Positions 39,028 through 47,842 of a stretch of DNA of 64,000 bases are shown in pieces (positions within the stretch are counted from its first letter, which is position 1; each line of letters starts with the position of its first letter). The position numbers and the translations under genes are program-made. Source of the stretch: a virus. The stretch spans positions 1 to 64,000 of the IMG/VR virus record IMGVR_UViG_3300047994_000617; one strand, given 5' to 3'. The notes under the pieces are model-generated. The model was not told the DNA's origin. It searched no databases and saw nothing but the letters and a program-made list of their open reading frames with translations.

Positions 39028-41351
39028 ACACCCACCCCCTCCCCGAGCCGGGCGCGCCGGATGCCCTCTACCTGCTCGATCTGTCGAGCTGGGCCCGAGC
39101 CTTCTACGAGATGGCGCGCCACCTGACGCGCACCAACCCGAAGGCCCCCGATCCGGACGCTCCCGATCACGTCGGCGTCGCGCACAGCGTCGCCCGCCGG
39201 CTCATCGACGACGTGATCGTCGCCCGCAAGCCCGCCTTCCTGGGGATCGCGCTCGACGTGATCGGCGAGCGCCCCGCCCGGGCCGACATCTGGGACGGCT
39301 ACAAGATCGGCCGCAACCCGCCCGGCCCCGGCTACGCCCGCCAGGTAGGGATCTTGCTCGAAGTGTTCCTGGCGCACCGGATCCCGTGCTTCCAGTCGTC
39401 GGGCCTCGAGGCGGACGACTTCGTGGCCACGCTCACCCGGCGCGCGCGTCGCGCCGGGCTTCGGGTCGTCAACCTCACCGCCGATCAGGACCTCTGGCAG
39501 CTCTTCGAGACCGCTGATCCTGCGGGCGTGCTCTCGTGGGACGTCGGGAAGGGCCAGGTCTGGAGCGCCGAGGACTGCCTGAAGAAGTACGGCGTCCCGC
39601 CCGAGCAGCTCGCCGACGCGATGGCCCTTGCCGGCGACGGCGACGAGGCTCCCGGCATCAAGGGGATCGGGGTCGACAAGGCCGCGAAGCTCCTCCGGCG
39701 GCACGGCAACCTGGAGACCGTCCTCCTGCGCTGGCAGTGGGAGCGCGGCAAGCTCTCGACGAACCTCCGCGACGGCGCCGAGGACGCCCGGATGTCGAAG
39801 CGCCTGGTCGCTCTGGACGATCGGGCGCCGATCGTCTGCCCGCTCCAGGCCCTCGCGCTCGGCTGGAGCGAGGAGGATGCCCGCGCGATCGCCCGGTTGG
39901 GGGTGAAGTACGGCCTCGGCGTGCTCGGGTACGTGAAGCCGGGCGCTTACCCCAAGGCGATCGTCGATCCGGCACTGGAAGCCCGCTGGGCCGGTGCCGC
40001 CACGACCAGCGCGAGCAACGCTGCGACCGCCGAGGTCGAGCTTCCCCCGCTTCCCGAGAGGGATCCTGTCGAGCAGCAAGAGCCCCTCGCACACGAGGCC
40101 CTGGCCGGCGATGGCCCCACGTCGGCCATGTCGATGGGGGAGCCCGTTGTCGAGGACGACGAGGACAAGGTCGATCCTCTCACCGAGGACCTCGATGAGA
40201 ACGATCCGGGGGTGGGCGACTGCAGCCACCGGCGCCGGGCACGCGAGCGCTTCTCCGCCGTCCTCCGCGCGGCCGAGAGCGACAACCCCGAGGCCAACAA
40301 GGCTCTCGAACGGCTGCGCAACCATCGGATCGCCCTGTTCGATGCCCACGTCGCCAAGGTCCGCGTTCGGTGCCCCACCGAGGAGAAGCTCAAGGCAGCG
40401 TGCCGAGCCCGATTCGCAGAGCTGCGCCCGGACCTCCCTCCGGTTTTCCTCCTCGCCGAGGTCCGCTTCAGCCTGGAGCGGCTCGCCGTAGACGCTCCTC
40501 TGGACGGGAGCGGCGCTCTCTCCGCCGGGAGCGCGGACGAGGCCCTGGACCCGGCAGCCCCCGCTAGCGCTCCCGAGGAAGCGAGCGGCACTCCCTCCGC
40601 CGGGAGCGCGGACGCGCCTCCGGCGCCCGGCCGGTGCGCCGACCCGACGTGCTTCATCCACGATGGGGAGCGGTGCGCCCGTGGCCAGATGCGCCCCGTC
40701 GACTGTCCCATGGCCGCTGCCCTCTTCGCTGCCGGCTGGCGGTCCATGCTCACCTGGCCGACCGCGGAAGAGGAAGACGCCACGCCGGTCAACCGGTGGT
40801 CGCTCGTCGAGGGCCGCTGGGCCGAGCTCGTCCGCGAAGGTGCCGCGCCCGAGGCCGCGCTGCTCTACGTTCTACGGTCGGAGTACGACGAGGAGGCCGC
40901 CACGACCGAGGGCCGCATGCACAAGCCCCGGTCCCTCGTCCGGGTGTTCTGGCGGGGGACGACGGAGGACGTCGAGATCCCCAACCGCCTCGTCGCCCGC
41001 TACCTCCAATTCGGCGAGCCCGTGCCGGATCCCGCGCTTCCGATCCTGCCGGTGAAGCGCCCCCGCGTCGTGGGCACCCCCGCGCCGGCACACTACGCGG
41101 ACGCCGACCGTCGCGGCGCCGGAGCCCGCGCGCGGGCCATCCTCGCGGGGCACAGCGTCGCCTGTGCCGAGTTCGGCAACGACCCCGCTTGCAGAGCGGC
41201 AGACCCGGCGCCGAGTCCCACGGCGGTGACGCCCTCGCCAGCGTCCACCGCGACCGCCGAGGCACTCCACGGCAGGACGCGGCACGGGAACACCGGCGCG
41301 AAGGCGCCGCCGCCCGATGACCAACTCGCCATGTTCGGAAGGCCCCGTTGA
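39024..41351 (+). CDS. 5'-3' exonuclease/flap endonuclease (Pol I N-terminal type) with a long C-terminal extension
   Basis: LLDLS, GYKIGR, EADDF, DQDLWQ, ALAGD..PGIKGIGVDKA. Confidence 0.9.
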   Translation: MNTHPLPEPGAPDALYLLDLSSWARAFYEMARHLTRTNPKAPDPDAPDHVGVAHSVARRLIDDVIVARKPAFLGIALDVIGERPARADIWDGYKIGRNPPGPGYARQVGILLEVFLAHRIPCFQSSGLEADDFVATLTRRARRAGLRVVNLTADQDLWQLFETADPAGVLSWDVGKGQVWSAEDCLKKYGVPPEQLADAMALAGDGDEAPGIKGIGVDKAAKLLRRHGNLETVLLRWQWERGKLSTNLRDGAEDARMSKRLVALDDRAPIVCPLQALALGWSEEDARAIARLGVKYGLGVLGYVKPGAYPKAIVDPALEARWAGAATTSASNAATAEVELPPLPERDPVEQQEPLAHEALAGDGPTSAMSMGEPVVEDDEDKVDPLTEDLDENDPGVGDCSHRRRARERFSAVLRAAESDNPEANKALERLRNHRIALFDAHVAKVRVRCPTEEKLKAACRARFAELRPDLPPVFLLAEVRFSLERLAVDAPLDGSGALSAGSADEALDPAAPASAPEEASGTPSAGSADAPPAPGRCADPTCFIHDGERCARGQMRPVDCPMAAALFAAGWRSMLTWPTAEEEDATPVNRWSLVEGRWAELVREGAAPEAALLYVLRSEYDEEAATTEGRMHKPRSLVRVFWRGTTEDVEIPNRLVARYLQFGEPVPDPALPILPVKRPRVVGTPAPAHYADADRRGAGARARAILAGHSVACAEFGNDPACRAADPAPSPTAVTPSPASTATAEALHGRTRHGNTGAKAPPPDDQLAMFGRPR

Positions 41352-41908
41352 TGCGCGCGATCGTGTGCTGGCCAGCCTGGATCCCCCTTCTCCAAGCTCG
41401 TGCTGAAGGAGAACGCTTCGATCTCGTGCTCGGCAAGGTCGAGCGCCCCCGGATCCCCCTGCTCCCGCGGGACGGGCTCGCGTCGAAGCCGTCCGAGCCG
41501 GTGAAGGTCTACCTCATCGCCCACGGCCGACTCCGAGCCCACGTTCCCCTCTCGGCGATCCGCAACACCGTGCAGGGCTTCGTCCTGGAGCTCCACGACC
41601 TCGCCGCCCTCGAGCCGGTGACCGTCCGGGGCCTCGTGCTCCCCTGGTGGCTCGGCGCCAAGGTCGTGGAGGACGTCTTTGCACGAGGCCAGGACGAGGG
41701 CGCCTGGAAGGACTCCGAAGAGATCCCCTTCCCGGGATGGGCCACCGAGGGCCTACCTGCGCCTCTCCAGGCCGAGGCGGCGCAGTTCGCCGCCCGCGTC
41801 CGCCGCCCCGCCCCCATCGCTCCTGCCACGCCTGCGGCGCAGTCCGGCGCCCGCGGACGCCCCGCGCCCGCCGCATCGTCCAGCTCTGCACAGCCCACCC
41901 TGTTTTGA
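41351..41908 (+). CDS. Hypothetical protein ending in QPTLF
   Basis: TGATG coupling. Confidence 0.65.
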   Translation: MRAIVCWPAWIPLLQARAEGERFDLVLGKVERPRIPLLPRDGLASKPSEPVKVYLIAHGRLRAHVPLSAIRNTVQGFVLELHDLAALEPVTVRGLVLPWWLGAKVVEDVFARGQDEGAWKDSEEIPFPGWATEGLPAPLQAEAAQFAARVRRPAPIAPATPAAQSGARGRPAPAASSSSAQPTLF

Positions 41909-41916
41909 GGGATCCG

Positions 41917-42534
41917 ATGACCAGCTTGGCCACCGTCACCGACCACCATGCCACCCGCCCCGGCGTGCCGCACCCTGCTCCCGTCGCCCGCTCGCCCTTC
42001 GACGCTGCCCTCCTGGAGCGCTACCGCAAGCCGCCTCCGATCCCGGACGTCGTGCTCGCCGTCGCGTTCCGTCGTCCCTACGGCGGCCTGGTGGCCGACC
42101 GCGTGAAGCTCATCGACGCCCGGGACCAGCCCTTCAACAGGCCGGGGGGCGCGCAGTGGATCGCGATCTACAACTGCAAGCACGTCGACGAGCTCCAGGT
42201 GGGCGTCCGCGGCCGCGCCGGCGCGCTGCCCTACCAATTCGGCAAGGGGCCGGACGCCGATCGCCTCGTCGAGAGGCGCCAAGGACCGGCCCAGCGGGTG
42301 ATCGGGTTGGTGTTCGTGGTGGGCTCGCGGCTCCTTCGTCTGGAGGACATCCCGCTGAGCTATTTCTTCGAGCGTGGGCGCTTCGCCTGGCTCCTCGCGC
42401 ACGCGGTCCGGTTCTCGACGCCGGTCACGATGGAGGCCCTCGGCCTCCGGAACGGCCCGCAGGGGCCCGTGAGGGTCCCCGGCGCGCCGCTCCGGGCGGC
42501 TCTCGCACAGACACAGAAGGATTCGGATCGATGA
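41917..42534 (+). CDS. ASCH-like protein (full-length paralog)
   Basis: AFRRPYGGLVADRVKLIDAR, IGLVFV, FAWLL, GPQG. Confidence 0.7.
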   Translation: MTSLATVTDHHATRPGVPHPAPVARSPFDAALLERYRKPPPIPDVVLAVAFRRPYGGLVADRVKLIDARDQPFNRPGGAQWIAIYNCKHVDELQVGVRGRAGALPYQFGKGPDADRLVERRQGPAQRVIGLVFVVGSRLLRLEDIPLSYFFERGRFAWLLAHAVRFSTPVTMEALGLRNGPQGPVRVPGAPLRAALAQTQKDSDR

Positions 42535-44033
42535 CGCCCGCGGCTCTCCCTGTTGCCGCGGCCGAGGCCGCAGAGCCCACGGCCTCGCCGACGCGAAGGC
42601 GCTGGAAGCCGAAGCCCGGTGAGCCCGGGGCCCTGGATTGCCTCCGGTACGTCTGGATCGGTGCCGACGGCACCGTCCGTCAGCCGAGCGATGTGGCGGA
42701 AACCTGGCTCGACCGAGAGGCCCGGGTGCTGACTGTGCTCCTGCTCCTCGCCTGGGCCGAAGCGAAAACGGACGTGAACGGCGATCGCATCGTGGTGAAG
42801 GGCTACGTCCTGGAGTACCTGCTCCAAAGAAGCCGGCTGTCGCGCTCCGATTGGTTCCGGGCCGTCAACTTGCTCAAGCTCGCCGGGGTGCTCTCGGTAG
42901 GTGGCGGCAAGCGCCGTGACGCGAAGGGGAAGGTCCGGAGCGTCATCAACGGGTACGTCCTCCACGTCCAGCGGCTTCTGGAATGGACCGGCAAGCCCCG
43001 GCCGCTCGAATGGCCAAAGGCGGCGACACGAGCGAGCCAGCCGGATCAGGGGCCCGGCGAGCTGGAAGCCGCCCTCGAGGAGGCCCGGGTCACCTTGGGC
43101 CTCGCCGAGGCCGACGTCGCCGCCAAGCGCGCCCTCGCCCGCCAGGCCGACCGAGAGGCCCGGCGCCTCAACGCAACCGAGGAGCGCCTCAACAGGGAAA
43201 TCAAGCGCCTCCGCGAGCGCCGGGAGGAGTTCGAGCGGCTTAAGGCGACGAAGGCCGTGGCCGAGGTCTCCGCGCTCCGCCTCCAGGCCGGGCTCTGCGA
43301 GGCGCCGGCCAGCCTGGTGCGCCCTGTCCGGCTCGATACTCACGCGACGGACACCGCTCTTTCACCCGTGATCTCGGATGGTTCCGAGAGCCACCGGCGG
43401 TACAACGAGACCCCCGTAGGCGCCGCGGCGCCGTCCCTGGGGAAACCCCCGGTGGCTTCCTGCGCTCCGCTGGCTGACGCCCCGCCTTCGTCTGTGATCT
43501 CGGAGGGTTCCGAGGGCCACCGGCGGTACAACGAGACCACCGCCACCACCGCCACCACCGCCACCACCGCCACCACCGCCACCACCGCCACCACCGCCAC
43601 CACCGCCACCACCGCCACCGCCACCGCCACCACCGCCACCGCCACCGCCACCACCGCCACCGCCACCACCGCGGCCTCCGTGCCGCCGCCCGGCGCCGAA
43701 GCAACCGTGCCGACCAAGCCCCGCCCCGAGCTCCGCGAGCAGGACCGCGAGCTCGTCGAGGCTGCCGAGGAGCTCGGTCCGTTCGTCCCCATCTGCGCCA
43801 ACATGTGCGCCAACGCGCGCGCCCGCGGCTTCGTGACGCTCCGCGAGCGTCCAATCCTCGAGCAGGAAGTAGCAGCCAAGCGGGGGCCAGGTCCCCGCAA
43901 GACGGGCGATCCAATGCACAACAGCCTCCAGCCCATGGCCGGGCCGGGCGAGCACAACTGGGTGACGAAGCACAAGGAGAAGGGGCTCATCATCCGCGCG
44001 AACGCCCGATCACGGGCGGGAGGAAGCCAATGA
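42531..44033 (+). CDS. Putative replication initiator (N-terminal wHTH, coiled coil, internal repeats)
   Basis: LSRSDWFRAVNLLKLAGVL; internal DNA repeats; directly upstream of the DnaC-like gene. Confidence 0.6.
   Translation: MTPAALPVAAAEAAEPTASPTRRRWKPKPGEPGALDCLRYVWIGADGTVRQPSDVAETWLDREARVLTVLLLLAWAEAKTDVNGDRIVVKGYVLEYLLQRSRLSRSDWFRAVNLLKLAGVLSVGGGKRRDAKGKVRSVINGYVLHVQRLLEWTGKPRPLEWPKAATRASQPDQGPGELEAALEEARVTLGLAEADVAAKRALARQADREARRLNATEERLNREIKRLRERREEFERLKATKAVAEVSALRLQAGLCEAPASLVRPVRLDTHATDTALSPVISDGSESHRRYNETPVGAAAPSLGKPPVASCAPLADAPPSSVISEGSEGHRRYNETTATTATTATTATTATTATTATTATTATATATTATATATTATATTAASVPPPGAEATVPTKPRPELREQDRELVEAAEELGPFVPICANMCANARARGFVTLRERPILEQEVAAKRGPGPRKTGDPMHNSLQPMAGPGEHNWVTKHKEKGLIIRANARSRAGGSQ
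43368..43538 (+). repeat. Two 45-bp direct repeats, iteron-like
   Basis: 43368-43412 and 43494-43538, 2 mismatches; each contains CTCGGA-N4-TCCGAG. Confidence 0.9.
43536..43672 (+). repeat. ACC/GCC microsatellite encoding poly-Thr/Ala
   Basis: Uninterrupted ACCACCGCC and ACCGCC units. Confidence 0.97.
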
Positions 44034-45049
44034 CCGCGACAGCACCGGTAACGGAGCCCTCGACGATCGACTCGATGAGCGACCAGGAGGCGTTCCGCCT
44101 GCTCGCCGATCTCACCGCCACCAGCCGCACGCGCCTGGGGCTCGGGCCCGACGGCCGCGCGCCCCCCGCCCCGCCGAATCAGCGCACGCCAGCAACCGCG
44201 CCAGCTTCGAAGATCGATCTGTCCCTGGCCGTCGGCAGCCTCGGCGCGGTCGCCCCCGAAGTCGACGACCCCGAGGAGCACGAGCCCGAGATGCTCGATC
44301 CCGTGCGCCTGCCCGGCTGGAGCCGCGCCCAGCGGGCCTTCGCCCTCCGAGGGGCTCACGTCTGCCGCGGTGGGCCGCTCGTCCGGGGGAAGCCCTCTTG
44401 GGCGTGCAGCGTGCCCCTCCCTGGCCCCGGCCTCTGCGTCGAGTGCTTCAAGCGCATCCGCGCCGCCGAGCGCGCCGAGGCGATCGACGCCCTCGTGCGG
44501 GAGCGCATGCCCCAGAAGCACTGGGATTGCTCCTGGGAGACGCTGCCCACCCTTCGAGACGAGGAGGACGATGGTCCTCGCGTGGATGTCTCGGTCGAGA
44601 CCCTGGCCGAGATCCGCGCGGCACTCGACAGCCGACGGCGGGCAATCCTTCACGGCCCCCCCGGCGCTGGGAAGAGCACCCTCGCAGCCTGCTATCTCCG
44701 AGCCGCCATCGAAGCAGGCGCGCGGGCGTACTTCGTGATGGCGGTGCTTCTGGATGACACCGAAGAGGGCCGGGCCCTCTTCGATCGGTGCCTCCACGCC
44801 GACACGCTCGTGCTCGACGATCTCAGCGGCGAGTTCCTTGGTGCGCCGCCCGAGGGGAGCGTAGGCGCCATCCGGGCGAAGCTCACGCTCAAGCTCCTCA
44901 CCCTGCGCTTCGCCCACAGCCGACGCACGGTGGTCACCTCGGGACGCTCCCTCGAGGAGCTCGCACCCCTTTACGGGGGCGGGCCGCTCCGCCGGATCTT
45001 CCAAGGCGCGGCCGAGATCGAAGTCGGCGGAAGCGCGGGGGACGAATAG
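44030..45049 (+). CDS. DnaC/IstB-like AAA+ helicase loader
   Basis: LHGPPGAGKST, LVLDDLSGE, RTVVTSG, LRRI. Confidence 0.85.
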   Translation: MTATAPVTEPSTIDSMSDQEAFRLLADLTATSRTRLGLGPDGRAPPAPPNQRTPATAPASKIDLSLAVGSLGAVAPEVDDPEEHEPEMLDPVRLPGWSRAQRAFALRGAHVCRGGPLVRGKPSWACSVPLPGPGLCVECFKRIRAAERAEAIDALVRERMPQKHWDCSWETLPTLRDEEDDGPRVDVSVETLAEIRAALDSRRRAILHGPPGAGKSTLAACYLRAAIEAGARAYFVMAVLLDDTEEGRALFDRCLHADTLVLDDLSGEFLGAPPEGSVGAIRAKLTLKLLTLRFAHSRRTVVTSGRSLEELAPLYGGGPLRRIFQGAAEIEVGGSAGDE

Positions 45050-45109
45050 CGTGGCGGTCGCGCCCCCCATTGCTCTTGCCGCGCGCCGGCCGGTGGTAAC
45101 GTTGACCCG

Positions 45110-47131
45110 ATGGATCGTCCGGTAGAGCAGCTCCCCTACCGCTGCCCGATCTGCCTGCGGCGCACCGGCGATCCGACCGAGACCTGCGGAGGGTGCGGAG
45201 CGCTCGCCTGGGAGAACACCTCCCCCGCCCCGAGGCCGGCTCCCGCGCCCGCCGGGCGCGCGCTCCCTCCTTCGGCGCCTCAGGCGGGTGCCCGGGCGCT
45301 CGCTGCCCTCGCGACGAGCTCGTCCTCCCCGCGCCCCATCGATCTGCCCTACCGGTGCCCGGGCTGCGGACGGCGAGGGGATGACCCGAACGCGGCGTGC
45401 AGCGGGTGCGGTCGGGTCGCCTGGGAGAACACTACGCCGCGCCCGCTCGCCCAGGGCCCGCGGCGCCCCTTCCCGGCGCCCGCGAGGCGCCCGATGGCCG
45501 GATGGCCTCTCGGGCCTCCTGCTCGCCCTCTCACGCCCCCTGAGCGGGCTCCTGTCGCCCCCCGCAGCCCTGTCGCTGGCGCGCCCCCGGCCGCCCCGAG
45601 CCCCCCTGTCGCTGGCGCGGCGGTCCCTGGCCCGGCTGTGGTCGCCGAGGAGCCGCACACCGCGGAAGATCGCAAGTGGCTGAAGGCGATGGAGGCCCAG
45701 ACGCGAAGCGCTCTCCACCAAGCGAAGGCGATCCGCGTCCGGCTTACCCCAAACAGCGCCCTGCTCACCTTCGCCGGGTCCGCCAACCTGACGGTGGACC
45801 AGATCCAGAAGCGGCGCTCGGAGCTCTTGACCACGTTCGGGGTGGAGATCATCGCTGTCCAGCCGGAAGCGGGCGCGATCACGCTCGCCATCGCGCGGCC
45901 CACCCGGCGGGTCGTTCGGTTCCAAGACCTCTGGGGGCAGTGGCGGCCGGAGTCGACCCAAGGCAACAGCGATCTCCTCATCGGCGTCCGCGAGGCCGAC
46001 GGGGCGCTCCTGGTCCTCTCCCCGGGAGCAGCCCATGCTCCGCACACGCTGATCGCGGGCTCGACCGGCAGCGGCAAGTCCGTGCTGATGCAAAACATCT
46101 GCCTCTGCATCGCCGCGACGAACACGGTGGAGCAGGCGGAGATCGTGCTCATCGACCCGAAGCTCGGCGTCGATTACTTCCAGCTCGAGGATCTCCCCCA
46201 CCTTCGCGACGGTGTGATCTGTGACCAGGCGACCGCGCTCAGCCGCCTCCGGGCCCTGGTCGAGGAGATGAACGACCGGTACCGGCGCTTCAAGGAGGCC
46301 AAGGTCCCGAACCTGCGCGCCTACAACACGAAGGCCGGCGCGAGCGATCGGCTCCCGACCATCTGGCTCATCCACGACGAGTTCGCCGAGTGGATGATGG
46401 TCGAGGAGTACAAGGCGGAGGTGATCTCGATCGTGGGTCGCCTCGGCGTGAAGGCCCGCGCCGCCGGCATCCACCTCGTCTTCGCGGCGCAGCGGCCGGA
46501 GGCCAGCGTCATGCCGATGCAGCTCCGCGCGAACCTTGGCAACCGCCTGATTCTGCGCGTCGACTCCAAGGGCACCTCCGAGATCGCCCTCGGCGGCGAG
46601 AAGGGCGCCGAGCAGCTCCTCGGCAAGGGCCACCTACTGGCCAAGCTCGAAGGGACCAGCGGGCTCCACTACGCCCAGGTCCCCTACGTCGACCCCGAGA
46701 CGATGGAGAGCTTCGTGCGGGAGATCGCCCCCGCGGGCACCCCGCGGGTTCGGCGGCCGCCACCCGTGGTGATCGGCCCCGAGGAAGCGCCGCGCCCCAC
46801 CCAGGACCCCGCTCGCAGCTCACGGTCCGCCGGCGCGGCGGGCGGCGACGAGCGGCGGGACGCGCCCGACGGGCGAGGGCGCGGCGCCTCGCCGGACTTC
46901 ACCCGTCCCTTCCTCGCCCACGCCGCCCGCCGCTGGGGCGCCCCCGAGGTCGAGGGCTACCTGGCCGAGCTTCGCGCGAGCGGCGTCCACCCGCAGTCCG
47001 TCAAAGGCTGGCACGACTCCTTCCTGGCCGTCCGCAAAGAACTTCAAGCGATGGCGCGCGAGGACGACGACGGCGAGGACGACGACGGCGATCCGCCGGT
47101 CGGATCGACGGGCTCCAAGCTCTTCCACTGA
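45110..47131 (+). CDS. FtsK/SpoIIIE-family ATPase with duplicated N-terminal Zn ribbons and no TM segments
   Basis: IAGSTGSGKS, LIDPK, HDEFAE, ARAAGIHLVFAAQRP, AEQLLGKG. Confidence 0.92.
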   Translation: MDRPVEQLPYRCPICLRRTGDPTETCGGCGALAWENTSPAPRPAPAPAGRALPPSAPQAGARALAALATSSSSPRPIDLPYRCPGCGRRGDDPNAACSGCGRVAWENTTPRPLAQGPRRPFPAPARRPMAGWPLGPPARPLTPPERAPVAPRSPVAGAPPAAPSPPVAGAAVPGPAVVAEEPHTAEDRKWLKAMEAQTRSALHQAKAIRVRLTPNSALLTFAGSANLTVDQIQKRRSELLTTFGVEIIAVQPEAGAITLAIARPTRRVVRFQDLWGQWRPESTQGNSDLLIGVREADGALLVLSPGAAHAPHTLIAGSTGSGKSVLMQNICLCIAATNTVEQAEIVLIDPKLGVDYFQLEDLPHLRDGVICDQATALSRLRALVEEMNDRYRRFKEAKVPNLRAYNTKAGASDRLPTIWLIHDEFAEWMMVEEYKAEVISIVGRLGVKARAAGIHLVFAAQRPEASVMPMQLRANLGNRLILRVDSKGTSEIALGGEKGAEQLLGKGHLLAKLEGTSGLHYAQVPYVDPETMESFVREIAPAGTPRVRRPPPVVIGPEEAPRPTQDPARSSRSAGAAGGDERRDAPDGRGRGASPDFTRPFLAHAARRWGAPEVEGYLAELRASGVHPQSVKGWHDSFLAVRKELQAMAREDDDGEDDDGDPPVGSTGSKLFH

Positions 47132-47662
47132 GCCAGGGAGATGAAGGGCCTGGGATCGCTCCCAAGCTCTCCGTGGTGGCCGTGGGCCAGCTTGCCCCTC
47201 TCGATGGGGTCCGGCGCCAGCGCTTCCACGCTCCCACCAATGGGCTCGGCTGCGCGGCGGTTCATGCGGGATCGCGTCGCGCCCACTTCGCGAAGCCGCC
47301 CGTGCCCATCTCCGGCGGCGAGGTCGCGACGTGTTGAAGCCCCGACCGAAAGGCCGGCGGCCGCCTCTGTCCAGCGGTCCGGCTCCCCACGGGATCCCGG
47401 GTCCGCGCCCTCGCCGAGGTCTCCCCGTGGTCGAAACCCGTCCCCCTGTGGGACGCGCCGAGATCCCACCCCGCGACGCATTCTGATCTGCCTCCGGATC
47501 GATCTGCCTCCTGCCCTCGGAGAGAGACAGCGGTCTCTCTCCGGGGGTGATGATGAGGGGATCCCGGAGAGCAGAAGCGCACCTTTCCACACATTACTTC
47601 CAGGGAGCAAGCCAGCGTGGGTACCTCGCTGCGGTCCACCCTGCCTCGGACCCTGGCCCCCC

Positions 47663-47767
47663 GGGTGGGGAGGTGGGGTGGCCCCGGGGGTGGGGGGATG
47701 GGTGGCTCTTGGGTGGGGGGTGGGGTGGTCGAGGGTGGCAAATCGCTGGGTTTGGGTGGGTCCGGGG
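47663..47767 (+). other. G-run cluster with G-quadruplex potential
   Basis: About 14 runs of 3 or more G in 105 bp. Confidence 0.7.
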
Positions 47768-47780
47768 TCCGGCCGCAAAT

Positions 47781-47836
47781 TCGGCGTGACCCGATTCCAC
47801 TTATCAGTTTGCAGAGGCTTGTCCGGGCCCCATGCT
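47781..47836 (+). promoter_or_regulatory. 24-bp motif copy 1 plus putative promoter
   Basis: TCGGCGTGACCCGATTCCACTTAT, then TTGCAG-16-CATGCT, 6 nt before ATG 47843. Confidence 0.7.
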
Positions 47837-47842
47837 GGCGGC

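Noticed and set aside
43368-43538. CRISPR array
   Set aside because: Only two copies, in frame within a CDS, 81-bp gap, no cas genes
44030-45049. IS21 element (IstB)
   Set aside because: No IstA transposase or terminal repeats; context fits a helicase loader
47141-47842. N-terminal extension of ORF 47141..49612
   Set aside because: Non-coding-like composition; contains the G-tract and promoter motif
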